Source: Lama guanicoe
Lineage: Eukaryota
Direction: 5' to 3'
Assembly: GCA_013239625.1 (NCBI GenBank)
Contig: MU053758.1
Coordinates: 2,666,001-2,730,000 of the forward strand
Length of the DNA: 64,000 bases
Positions 35,671-48,300 of the stretch are shown piece after piece (the first letter of the stretch is position 1; every line of letters starts with the position of its first letter). The translations under genes and the position numbers were made by a program. The notes under the pieces are model-generated. The model searched no databases, was not told the origin of the DNA, and saw only the letters and a list, made by a program, of their open reading frames with translations.

Positions 35671-36609
35671 GCCCACAGGGCGAGTCTGCGACAAAGGCAT
35701 TACTCCAGAGCCTTTATAAAGATGCTCCAAGTCCAGCTTCAGATGAAAACAGGAAGTGTGAAGGGAAGCTGCCGACCAGCTCTGGCCATTGATAAATACC
35801 TGGGAAAACCTTTGGGAAGCTGAAAGGATGAATAACAGCTGGGGGTCTCCGGAGCCAGACCCTTTATGTCATTTCTTCCGGCTCAGCCAGCATGTGTCAT
35901 GAGCGGTAACCAGCGCTTTCTCTCTGCCTGGTCTTTATTCTCCTGTGAGTGGGGCTGAAGTCTGGAGTCAGCTATCAGCCAAGAAGTACAGCTCTCTGAA
36001 CAGGAAGGTAGCGTAATGGGAATAACAGGGGCTTGGGAAGCCTGACCGCAAATCCGGCCTGTCTCTGCCCCTGACTTGTTCTGTGATCTTGGGCCCTTCG
36101 CTTCTCTGAGGCTGTCCTGTGTCTATAATGGGAATAATCCACACTTGGTTAATAGAAGGAAATGACGAAAGTGTAATGGAAGGTGCCTGACCTATAGAAG
36201 GTGACCTGTAATTACCAGGGTTTTCTCCTCCGGGATGGAGGCCAGAACACTTCCTGGGTCCAGCAGTTCGCTCCTCTGGAAGCAGCCCCCTCCATCCTCC
36301 AACACGTCTGGCTGCTAGAAAGCTCTTTTCTTGAGCTGAAAACTGGCTGGCCTGGCCTTCCCTCCCTGTCCCTCTTCTAGCCCTTGAGACCATACAACAG
36401 CCACCTCCTTCTCCTCGCCAGGAAAAATAGTGTGTTTTCTTCAAATCATGATCTCAACTCCTTTCACCATTCTGGCCACTCTTGTTAGAATTAGCATTTT
36501 CTGAGCCAAACATCTGACATACTTAGACTGTAGATGAATATTCAAGTGTGAGTCTATCTAGAACTGGCTTGGTCATGCACAAGGAAGGCCAGACATTGAT
36601 CAAGAGATT

Positions 36610-36780
36610 CAGTGGTTAAGCGTTTAAGACTCTGACACAGGGCAGACCTTGGCTCTGCTCTTTGGGCAAGTTACTTAACCTCTCCAAGGTCAGATTTGTC
36701 TTCTGTAAAAGGGGAAATGGTTCTGGTACCTTCCTCATAGGCTTATTGAAAGGAGTACATTTGCCAATGTATAGAGTGCT
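36610..36780 (+). mobile_element. MIR SINE (representative; similar MIR relics near 8330, 11140, 21450, 23050, 24500, 31490, 36050, 43370)
   Basis: MIR core ttgggcaagttacttaacctctc...tctgtaaaagggg. Confidence 0.65.
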
Positions 36781-37049
36781 CGGCCCCAGGTCTGGGGCAG
36801 GCTGGGTTCTCTGGGGGTCTTAGGGGAAGGGAGAGGAGGCATGCTTGTGAATGGGAACCTCCGGTCCTCCCCAGTTCTGTTCAAACCATGCTCTCCTCCC
36901 ACGGAGCTGGGCACAAGCTGGGCTCAACTGGGATGTGGTGGCCAGTGGCCTAGCCTCAAGTGGAGTGGAGGGCCAGGGCCACCCCCCAGAACTGGGGACC
37001 AGAAGCAACATGTGAACAGATCAGCAGGTGACGTCCCTGCCAGTTGTGG

Positions 37050-37063
37050 CCACCAGGGGGCAC
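37050..37063 (+). promoter_or_regulatory. CTCF core motif (forward), about 1.2 kb upstream of CSF3
   Basis: CCACCAGGGGGCAC, near-perfect consensus. Confidence 0.55.
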
Positions 37064-38099
37064 CCCTGCCCCAGAGATGGCCTGGCTCAGTCAGACACAC
37101 CCACTCCTCCTCCAAAGATGTCTTCTGATAAGGCATATTGTTGGGTTAATCAGGACAGAAAGTGACCGCTTTGGATGCCCTTGGTCACACTTCCTCGGGC
37201 AGGCCCCACGGCCTGCGGAAGACTCAGGCCTGAAGCAGCAGCCCAGGTTGTAACACTGACTCTGCTACCCATGACCTTGGGCAAGGCTCCTCCCTCACTG
37301 GCCCAGCTCACAGGGTTGGAACAGACTCCCAAGTCCCTTCCAGAGCGCACAGTGTGTGGCTCTCGGGTTTGAAGCCAGGCAGTTTCTTCTTTCTCACCCT
37401 AGCCCTTCCCACTCAGGGCAGCACACACACTGCCGCTGGCAGTGAACCTGGCCAGGGAAGCCATGTGTCCCAGGCCCTCAACCCCGAAGTCCTGGGGCAC
37501 TGTTGTGGGGGAGGGAAAGTGGTGCGGGAGGAGGAGGAAGCACAAGGTCAGGTGAACCAAGAGCCTAGAAGGGTCTTGCTTCATTCAGGACAGACATCCG
37601 GTTTCCTCTGGGCTCTGCCAGGATTCTGGGGGCTTAAAGGAATGAGTCATGGTGGGGTTTGGGGAGTTCCCAGCTAACCAGTACAGAACAGGAACCTGGG
37701 ATGATGCCTGTCAAAGTGTGGGCAAGACCCCAATGTCCTCTCTCAGGCCCCTGGCCTCTCAGGAGGGCACTCAGGGAGGCAGCCTCCTGGGAATTTTGGG
37801 GGATCAGAATGGGGGCAGATAGCTTCTTCCCTCTCAGAACTGGATGCCTAGAGAGCAGGTGGCTTGAGAATCCCCAGGGAAAGTGGCAAAGCCAGCTGTC
37901 CCAGGAGAAGTGCCAGGGGAGGGAGGGAGGGCCTGAGGCCTGCCTCTTCCCTAGTGTCTGACCAGACCTTGGCCTCCATGGCTGTTATCAGTGGCCCAGC
38001 CTTTGTTCAGCGGTTCAGTTCAAACACCCTGGGGTAATTCAGGCCTGGGTGGGGCTGAGGGGAGGAAGGGATCTTGAAGGGGACAAGACGTCAAAGAAG

Positions 38100-38280
38100 A
38101 ATCAGAGATTCCACAATTTCACAAAACTTTCGCAAACAGTTTTTTTGTCCCACCCCCACCACCCCCCAGCATTGTCCTGGACACCAAATTTGCATAAATC
38201 CTGGGAAGTTATTACTAAGCCTTAGACGCAGCACCAGGTAATTTCCTCCCAGGCCTCCATGGGCTTATGTATAAAGGCCC
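38100..38280 (+). promoter_or_regulatory. CSF3: CSF3 proximal promoter
   Basis: CK-1/NF-kB decanucleotide GAGATTCCAC 38105-38114, adjacent C/EBP-type sites (tttcacaa, tttcgcaa), octamer ATTTGCAT 38188-38195, TATAAA 38270-38275. Confidence 0.9.
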
Positions 38281-38357
38281 CTGGAGTTCGTCCCTGACAG
38301 AGCCCAGAGCCTACAGGCCCACCCAGACCCTAGTCTGAGCCTTCTGCCCAGAGCCCC

Positions 38358-39932
38358 ATGAAGCTGATGGGTGAGTGTCTGGGCCCCAGGAGCGGGAGGA
38401 TCTGCTGGTGCTGCGTGCAAGAGGGAGGTGGGAGGGCAGAGGGCTGGGGGGTCCCCAGGCTCCCAGGAAGGGACCCAGGGGCAGGTACAGCATGTCTCCT
38501 GAGTCCCTGTCTGCTCCCAGCCCTGCAGCTGCTGCTCTGGCACAGCGCACTCTGGACCATGCAAGAAGCCGCCCTCCTCGGCCCTGCCAGCTCCCTGCCC
38601 CAGAGCTTCCTGCTCAAGGGCTTAGAGCAAGTGAGGAAAATCCAGGCTGATAGCCTTGAGCTACAGGAGAGGCTGGTGAGTGAGAGGCGAGTGGACAGAT
38701 GGGAGATGCTGCAGGAAGAAGCAGGCGCACAGGGGAGCGCTGCAGGGAGAGAGGGAGGCAAAGAGAACCGTGGGAACAGCATCAGGAAGGGACACGGGAG
38801 AGGAGAGACACAGCGCAAATGGAAGAAAATGAGGAGAGGTAGAGCCCTGGGCGGCTGGCAAGGAACAGGGGGGAGAGCCTCTTGGGGGCACTGCTGGGAG
38901 ACGTTGGCGGAGGAGTGGATTGCGGATAGGGGCTGAGAAGCTTGGCAGGATGTGGGGGGAGGGGAAGACCTCAGGGAGATGGGGGCACTGGGGAAGGAGG
39001 AGCAGCCTGGCTCCAACGAGTCCCCTCACTTGGCATCTTTCCCTCCCACAGTGTGCCGCCCACAAGCTGTGCCACCCTGAGGAGCTGGTGCTGCTCGGGC
39101 ACTCTCTGGGCATCCCCCAGGCTTCCCTGAGCAGCTGCTCCAGCCAGGCCCTGCAGCTGGTGAGTGTCTGCAGGGAAGAAGGGAGAGGAGGGGGAGGGAA
39201 GGATAATCTGGAAGGCTCCCCAGTTCTCCAGACTCCAAGCTGGGGCCCTCAGGGCAGCGTCCCCTGACTCTCCTACTCTGTCCTCCCAGACAGGCTGCCT
39301 GATCCAACTCCACAGCGGCCTCTTCCTCTACCAGGGCCTCCTGCAGGCCCTGGCAGGAATCTCCCCAGAGTTAGCCCCAACCTTGGACACGCTGCAGCTG
39401 GACATCACCGACTTTGCCACCAACATCTGGCTGCAGGTGAGTCTCTGGGAGACATTAGGGGCCTGGACTGAGCTGGTCCCCAAAGGTTGTGCTACAAGCC
39501 TGGGGATTCCGGAGTTCTTTAGAACCCGGGCAGGAGCATTCTGGGGGAACGCCAGATGGAGGGAGCTGCCACCCCAACCCAGGACCCTGCTCCGCAACCC
39601 CTATTTGAGGGCGTGAGTGGATCACTGGACCTTGAAACAGACCTCAGTTCTGGTCCGGGCCCACCATTAATGCGTTATCTTCCACAGCCCATCAGCCCTT
39701 AGAGTTTCCTCACTGCAGCAACACCCACTCAGCAGGGCCTGATTGCTGACCTCATCTTCCCCCACAGATGGAAGACCTGGGGATGGCCCCTGCCTCACCG
39801 CCCACCCCAGGCACCACGCTGACCTTCACCTCGGCCTTCCAGCGCCAGGCAGGAGGGGTCCTGGTGGCAGCCAAACTGCAGCGCTTCCTGGAACTGGCCT
39901 ACCGTGTCCTGCGCTACCTGGCCGAGCCCTGA
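38358..39932 (+). CDS. CSF3: Granulocyte colony-stimulating factor precursor, 195 aa, 5 exons
   Basis: join(38358-38370,38521-38675,39052-39159,39290-39436,39768-39932) = 588 nt; MKLMALQLLLWHSALWTMQEA|ALLGPASSLPQSFLLKGLEQVRKIQ...CAAHKLCHPEEL...AYRVLRYLAEP*. Confidence 0.97.
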
Positions 39933-39954
39933 GCAAAACCTGCCCTCATCCAGC

Positions 39955-40003
39955 ATATTTATCTCTATTTAATATTTATGCTTATTTAAACTTAATATTT
40001 AAA
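39955..40003 (+). promoter_or_regulatory. CSF3: AU-rich elements in the CSF3 3'UTR
   Basis: Five ATTTA pentamers directly after the stop. Confidence 0.85.
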
Positions 40004-40276
40004 GATGGGGAAGAACAAAAAGGAGCCCCAGACTCCTGGGTCCTTCCCTCCACCTCCAAGTTTCATTCTCCCGCCTGTAGCAGGGAGAAAAACTCCTATC
40101 TTCCCGTCCCCTGGACTGGGAGGTAGTTGGTAAATACCAAGTATTAATTCCTGCGACTGCTCCCTGCCTGGCCCCGAGGTGGGCACTGGAAGAGCAGTGA
40201 ACCTCTACCCTGAGGGTGCCCACCTCGGGGCCCTTGGAAGCATCAGGAAATCTCCCACATGGGAGACAAGACAGCC

Positions 40277-40295
40277 CTGTTTAATATTTAAACAG
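40277..40295 (+). promoter_or_regulatory. CSF3: G-CSF stem-loop destabilising element (SLDE)
   Basis: CTGTTTAA-TAT-TTAAACAG: perfect 8-bp stem with a UAU triloop. Confidence 0.8.
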
Positions 40296-40668
40296 CCGTG
40301 TTCCCCAACTGGGTCCTCGCACCTCTTACTCCCCTCAACATGGCCTGTGCTGCTCCCCCTCGCGTCCCCTTCACTTGCAGAGGCAGCTGGAGCAGGATGC
40401 CTGACCCTGGCGGCCCTCAAAGTTTTAAGATTTTTGAGGGGCATGTTTCGACTCCTCACATGGGGAGTCCAGACATCACCAACATCTCTTGTTTTTCTGG
40501 AAGCACTACCAGCCCCACTCACTGGGGTCAGGGTTCTGACCTTCAGGGCCAGTGGATGGTCCTTCTCTGCCCTGCAGCGTGGGGACTGGGACCGTGGGAG
40601 GGAGAAGATGTGACGGGCTTAAGAGGGAAGCCCCAGTGTTCCACCTCATTGTAGCCAAAATTCATGGT

Positions 40669-40674
40669 AATAAA
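40669..40674 (+). terminator. CSF3: CSF3 polyadenylation signal
   Basis: AATAAA about 735 nt after the stop. Confidence 0.8.
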
Positions 40675-42399
40675 AGTGCTTGTCTCCAGTAAATGTCCTT
40701 CCTCCTTCTTGAGTCCAGCTAGTGCCTGGCCAGGGCTTGTGGGTGGGGAGCTGAATGGTGGGTGAGGCTCGAGGAAGGGAGGAGGAGGTGTGGGCAGGGG
40801 GGCGCCCATTTCTCCGGCATGTCTTCATCTGGCACCCACTCTGCAGGTGCCAGGACACGGTGGTGAGCGAGGCAGCTGTGGTCCCTGCCCACAGGAGCCA
40901 CAGCTTAGTGGGGAGGACGAAGGCAGTGGGCAGGTACTGGGAGAGGAGGGAGTGGGCTGGGAGGAGGGGTGGGGGGCTCAGCAGTCCAGACACAGACAGA
41001 CGCTGGTCTGAAACAAGGGAGTACTTCACATTTGCACAGGGCTCGTCAGTTTACCATCTTCCACACACCTCAGTCCATCCATGCTCTCAGCTGCCCACAA
41101 ATACAGAATTATGAAGGGCCTTCTACAGATTAGGGAGCTGAGTTCAAGGTGACAACTTGGGTCAGACCCCAAATTCCAGGCTCTGTGCGTCTGTCTCTCC
41201 CTCATCAAGCTCTGCCTCTGACCTGCAGGGAGCCTGCTGCTTTCCTGCCGTCTCAGCCTCACGGCTGAAGGGGCCTGAGCTCACACCTAGGGAGAAGGAG
41301 AGGCTGTGTCACGGCACAAACCTCTCTGTGCCCTCAGCCGAAGACGCACGTGTGCTCCAGGGTGCCTCCACCAGGCCCTGGGGCCAACCGAGTCCCCTCT
41401 CAAGACTCTCCATCCTCGGCTCCTGAGCCCCGCCCACTTCCTTCCCCATCAGGCTCATGAGAAGCAGGGTCTGGCTAAGTGGGGCTGGAGTCCCCAGCTT
41501 CATGGCTCAGGGAGTCACCTCCCTCGCAGGTTGGTCCTGAAGGAACCGGAGCTTGGAGATGTGTGGAGCAGGAGAGGAAAGGTTAAACAGAGTTCCTGCC
41601 CTCACCCCCCTCACCCCTCTGGGGAGGACAGAGCAAACTCTGGGGCCAGGCAGACTTCGGGTGGGGCCTGGCCAGGCCAGGGAACGTCAGAACAGGACAC
41701 CCTACCCCAGCACCAGCGAGGCCCGTAGCCAAAACCTCTCCCTTTTCAGAGTAAGTGGGGTGAGGGGAGACGGCGGGCAGGAATGAGGAAGGGAAGCTGC
41801 TCCCATCGCCATGCCCTGCCCCTACTGAGCAGACAAACACGGGAACCTGAGCCCGGCCCTCCTCTGCACCTCCTCCTCCTTCCTCCACAGCCACAGGACT
41901 GAGCCTCTTCCTGGGCCATGGCGCACGGATGCCAAGGAGAAAACAGCGTTCCCCACCCCACCAGACGCGGGCCCTGACCGCACTTACAGTCACGAAGGGA
42001 TCCACAGGGGTCTTTATCTACAAGTGAGCCGAGGTGAACATCCGTCATGTAAAAAACACACCTATACATATATACACACAGCCCCCGCACCTGGGCATTC
42101 TCTCAGAGGTAAATCTATCCGCGGGAGGGGAGGAGCGGCGCGAGGGGTGCAACACAGGGAGGCTGCCCTGAGCTAAGGAACCAGGTGCTGGCAGTGGGGA
42201 AAGGAAATTACGAAAGAGATTGGGAGACGTCTTAGAGGTCAGAAGTCAGGAGCAGGGGAAGATCTGGAAACCGACTGACTGAGGGCTGTTACGTCATGTG
42301 GCTATGAGCAATGATGTCTCATCTCTCCTCACGGTTCCCTTCTGAGATGCCTGGGGCTGGCACCCTCCCCCGCCAGCGCCAGCGGCCACTCCAAGCCCC

Positions 42400-45300
42400 T
42401 CAGAGGGCAGCAATGGCTTTGGCAGCCACCTGGCGGCCCAGGGGCAGGCTGAGGTCCGTGATGGCCAGAACCACCTTGGGGCTGGACATGGCTGACACCT
42501 TCACCAGTTCTGATACCTGCCAGACAGACAGACAGCTATTCAGTGGGGCGACAGTGGGTGCACTGTCCAAGAGGAAGGAGCCCCTCCCTCCTGGCTGCTG
42601 ACCCCCAGGATCTAGAGGGTGGGGCAGCCCGGCCCGCAGGTGAAGACTCACGGTGGTGAAGGGCATGAACTGCAGGATGCTGCCCCGGCTGCCCTGCTCC
42701 AGGCAGTCCACGCACTCCTCCATGAACCACTGCACAAACTGCGTGTGCGGACCGGCGGTCCGCGACCCCAGGATGGAGGAGATGAGCAGGAACAGGTTGG
42801 CTGTGTGGCATCAGGGGAGAAGGGGAAGAATCCCATCAGAAAGATTTGGGAAGAGGTCGGACTCTGGGAGAAGAAATCGGTGCTAAGAGTGGCCCCCAAA
42901 AGGGGGACGTCAAAAAGAGGCAGCATGAAAGGCAAGCTGGGGGCGAGCCAGAGAGGGACGAGGTGGGAGCCTGGGGGAGACAGAGGGCTGGCAATTAGGG
43001 GAGACGGAGGAAAGAGGGGGAATGTGGCAGATGCGGGGTGGCAGGATGAGCTGTGGGAGCGGGGCTGGAGGACTCACCCAGAACTCTGTTCAGCGGGTCT
43101 CTCATATTAACCGTGTGGAGCTGGGAGGCCGACAGGGAGCTGCTCATGGATCGGTCGGCTGTGGGGCCAAGCGAGGGAGCACTGAGGAAACGGCCTCCTG
43201 CATTCAAAACCGCTGTCCCAGAGGAAGCCCTCACCCGTCAGGGGTGGAGTGCTTGCCCGGAGAATGTCCTTGGATGCAGAGTCACAAGGGCCCCCGAGAA
43301 CAGACATCCCCCAAGCAGATATAAGATATACAGGCGTCAATCTGCTGGCTGTACGTGGATTAAGCCGCTAGTCCTCACACCTCCATTATACAGATGGAGA
43401 AACTGAGACTAAGATTTATTAAGTGACTAGCCAACAGTCATAGGATCTGCAGGCGGCAGACCCAGAGTCTTTCCTCTGCTCAAGTGCACAATGGGTCCCC
43501 TACTCTCTAAAAGGCCTCAGAGAAACTTCTAGGCTCAGGAGAAATCTCTGGAAATAGGAAAAATTAAATGCCACAGAAGAGCCCTTGGCAGGGAGAGAGA
43601 AGTCGGTGGGGGAGGGGTGCTCTCTAGGCAGGAAGAGTGGGGAGCAGTCCCGAGTCCCAGCCCAGGCCTGTTTAGGGGGAAGGAAGGTCAGAGCTGGTGA
43701 GTCAAAGGCACAGAGCGTGCCCAGGGCAGTGAACTCACTGCAGTGAGGGGTGGGGAAGGGACAACCAACCATGCGCCCGGGGCTGGGCTGGGATCTGAGC
43801 AGAAGAGCTTCAACCCTTAAGGAGAGATCCACAGCTACCTCTAGTCTCTTGGGGTAGGAAACAGAGCAGCCACAGGGGACAGAATGGGGCACAGTCCTGC
43901 CACACTGTCTCTGACCAGCCAGCGAGATGCCCGGGGACCAGAGCAGGGCAGCTCTCAGGCAGGAGCGAGTTCCCGAGAAAGGAGGCAGCCCACCCAGCCC
44001 ATGTCCACACACTCACTGGGACTTGAGAGGATATTTGCATCTTCCTCATTGGAGCTCAGCAGTCGCATCAGCTTGGAGGGCTGCATGTCATCCAAGGGGA
44101 AGAGGCTGATGTAATCCTGGAGGGCAGGAGTCACTGTCATCCACCCCTGGATCCCCAGATCTCCCATTATGGGGAAGAGGGCCAGAGATCAGATCAGAGT
44201 AGGGAACAGCGTCATCTTTCCCCTCACCCCTCCCACTACCCGAGGGAGAGAACTTCCACACAGTCACCCCTAACACAGCGGACCGGGGCAGGGTCCGTGC
44301 CTGGCTACCTGGGCCTGGGAAGGCGCCTCTTACCAGAAAAGGCTCAATAAACGTCTGTGGAAAAAGCACATGGGCAAGTGAACAGGGGAGGGGCCCCTAT
44401 CCTACCTCAATGTCTTCGCGGTGTCTCTTCTTTTGGCGGGAGGATGCCTGCCCCTTGTGGGAGGAGTAGGAACTCAGGGCACACCAGACGGCCAGCCTGG
44501 CAAAGGGGTCCAGGAAAAGGGGGTAAAATCAGAGGGGCCCCCAAGACGGTTTCTGCACCCATGCTGACCGTACCCCACCCGACAGGGCTTCCCCACAGCC
44601 CCGCCTCCCTGGGGGGCACGACGGGGTGCCAGACTCTGGGCTGTGGGGACTTGAGAATCCTACTTGGCGAGAGCAGTGCCAGGGGGGTCCATGAGGCTGT
44701 GCCACTTGGAGGAGTCGGTGAGCAGGCCGGGCAGGATGTGGCCCAGCAGGACCAGGGTCACCTGCTGCATGTCCAGACAGAAGATGGAGTAGAGCAGCTC
44801 CACCGCCCGCAGTGTGTGCTCCTTCCGCGTCTCCTTCAGCAGCTCCTGGGTGGGCAGGGGAGAGGGGACCAAGGAGCTGAGGGCCCTCGATGTGGGCTCT
44901 GACATCCTACAGCTCCCCTAGGGCCCAGGAGCTCCTGAGGCAAGGACTGCTCTGGATTCCAAGGAACCTACTCAGCGTTTGAGGGGCCTCTCAGGGAAGC
45001 CTGGCTGACCGGGCTGGGTGATGGGAAGTCAAAGTACAAATGAAGGGAGCTTGGCCCTGTCAGGCATTTTCTCAGCTGTCTCCCATAGTCTGGGGACACC
45101 TGCTCCTCCAGGCCGCCCCCACCAACCACCAGTACCTTAATCAGGTTGTTGCAGAACCAGTAGACGCCTCCCATGTGGAGCAGGGTGTCAAAGATGTGGA
45201 TGGAGCGGCTGTCCACCCATCCCCTCTCCAGCACCTTGGCAAATATGTCCGTCAGCACCTCCTTTATGGGTCGCTTTGGGGGCAGCAGGTTCCAGTAGGG

Positions 45301-48300
45301 CATGGTGTCCATGCCCGTGGACGGGAACTTGATCTGCGTGGCTGTCTGCTGCAGCACGTCGGCACACATGTGCTCCAGGATGGAGCTCATGATCACCACC
45401 CTGGCGGAGGGGGAGGGGGAGAGGACCTGCGGGTCAGGCAGCACCAGCTTCAGTAGGTGAGGGAGTAGGGGACAACACTTCCAGGCTAGACTCTTCCCAG
45501 GACTTGGGTTACAGAAATGTTCCAGGGTAATGAACCCCATTCTACGCTGAGGGAGGAGACAAAAGGAAGCTGCAAACCCCCAGGGGACCTGACCCCACCA
45601 GCCTGGCTCCCAGCACCCGGCCTGGGCTGTGGGGGTGGGGGGACTTGCCTCCTCGGTCGTTCCCGCAACATATTCATGTTTTTCACTCGACTTCCCCCAG
45701 CCCCCAGACCTGGGCCCTGCCAATCCTCTGGCATAAATAAATATAATCACTTCCGTCTGGGCTGAGTGCTTGGGGGGGTTCCCTACCCAGCCTTGGCCTC
45801 CTCCCAAAGTAAACTGTTACTTCCAGGACAGGGCCCGAGGGCTGCCCCACAGGACTCTTCCCGGCCCTTCGTAGCTGGGCAAAAACAAGTGTACATCCAG
45901 GAATTTTCTCATGAAGAGCCTTCAACTATGAATACAGACCTGGGCCTGAGCGCTAACCTTTCGGAGGACCCGGGGTGGCTCTGGTAAAGTCACTTTGACT
46001 TTCAGGGTCACTTTTTCCACCTGCATGATGGAGCCACAGATTTCCCAGATAGAAGTCGGGGCTCTTAGAATGGATTAGGTCAGAGAAAACACTCCACGAC
46101 TTGGCGTGGGGAGGATGATGAGGGCGGAAGGAATAAAGGAGGAGGAGAGGGAAAAGCAGGAGATGTGATTTTACACACTCCCAACCTCATCTCAGCTCAG
46201 TGCTTCCACGTCCCCCTCCACCCGTCCTTTACCCATCCAGTAAGGGCCATCACTTGTAACTTACGGCTTAGTGCGCGCCCGTACTCAGAGCAGCATGGTT
46301 CACAACAGCCAAGAAGAGGAAGAAGCCCACACGTCCATCAACTGATGAACGGATAAGCCAAATGCAGAATATACATACCATGGAATATCATTCAGCCTTA
46401 AAAAGGAAGGAAATTCTGACACATGCAATGACATGGTCGAATATTGGGGACATTATGCAAAGTGAGATATGCCAGTCACAAAAAGACAAATACTATGTGA
46501 CTCCACTTACATGGGGTCTCTAAAGTAGCCAAATTCATAGAAACAGAAAGTAGAATGGTGGTTGCCAGGGGTTGGGGGGAGGACAGGACAGGGAGTTGCT
46601 TTATGGGTCCAGTTTCAGATTTACAAGATGAAAAAGTTCTGGAAAACTGTTTCTTGACAACGTGAATATACCTACATTGATAAACTATACACTTAAGAAT
46701 GGTTAAGATGGTAAATTTCACGCTATGTATTTTTTTACCACAATTTTTTTTAAAAGGTTTATTGGATGGGTAAAGAACCACCATCACACTCAACTCAACA
46801 GAGCTGAAGTCACTAGAGAGGTCCGCCAAGCCTCTAAAAAGCCAAGGCAGGAAAATGTCACAGAAGATAGCCAGGCAGGGGGTGGGGAAGGGAGGGGGTG
46901 GACAGGCCCAAAGCCTGTAAAATCTATGGATGGGCTCAGTTCCTGGACAGCAGTATAACTAAGATAATTACTGTATCCTGGCAAGCTATTTCTCCACAAC
47001 TTGAGCTCTTTGAGGGCTGGAATCAGAGCTGTTTGGGGTCTGCAGTGCTGGGACACACACAGCAAGTGCTGGATTATAAACACAGAGACACACACTAAAT
47101 GCTGCTGAGTCAGCGAGTGAATGTGTGATTAAGAACACGAGTGAGTGAGGAAGAGTGAGCAGGCGAGCACGGTGTCTCAGAAGGTGAGAGAAGAGGGGCT
47201 CAGTGGTGACTGGAGGGCCTGACGTCTCACGCCAGATCTGCAGAGCTCCAGAAGGAGGGGACGGGTCACTGACCTCTCATTGTAGAACTGCAGGGTGTTC
47301 TCGCTGTACAGCGGCCCTGCCAGCTGGCGGATCATCTGCAGCGACTTCTCACGCTCATCCAGCCCCAGCATCCGCACGTGGGCCACCAGCCAAGCCACGG
47401 CACACACTGCCAGACTGCAAACCTTCCCCTTGATATTATCGGTGATTTTCTGGGAGAGGGAAAGAGGGTGACTGGGGTCGTGATCTCCCCTTCCTGGCCC
47501 TCACTGTCCCCGGCCTCCGCACGGCAGTGGAGTCCTGGGCCACAATCCACAGCTCTTTTCACCACAAGTTGATTTTCCCAAAGTTACCTGGGTGGGAAGG
47601 AGCAGCTAAGATTATGCTTACAAGGAAGGTCAATGTCCACACATGGACTCCCGGATTAAGGGTCTTCTTGCTCTTATGAATTCTAACAAGCTATCAAAGA
47701 TTGGCTCTGTGTTTTGGGCAAGGCTACCTGGATGGACTCGAAGGCCAGCACCCCATTCTCCCAGGCGTTGAGGATTTCCAGGATGGCCGCTGAAATGCTG
47801 AGACAGGCTTCGTGCCACTTCATTTGCCTGCGAGGGGGTAGGGCGGGAGAAAAATCACCATAGGGGAGCGTGGGATGGGCTGAGGGAGAGGGTCTGGGCC
47901 CTGCCCCCACTGCCCCCCTTGGAGTGGGCACCCAGGCCACTGACACCAGCTTCATCTCTGAGGAGTTGTTGAGCAGAGCCACCAGGGACTCCACTTTGGT
48001 GGAGTCGGGCCGGAAGCAGGGGTGGTCAGGGTTCAGGATTTTGCCCTCCTCGGGCATGCACGTCTGCATCCACGTCTCAAAGAAGAACACCTCTGTTCCT
48101 GTGCTCGACTCAGACAGGATGACCTGGGAAAGGAAGGTTGGGGAGGGGGATGTGCAGCACCCTACACCTCAATGTCCTGCCTAGCTGCTTCCCTCTTCCA
48201 GCCTAAAGAACTGGCGACAAATTGATCAAAGGGAGAAAGACAGTGGCTATGCTGCCACCTAGTGGTGGGTGTGAGTGTGGCACTGAGGGATTCAGGTCAT

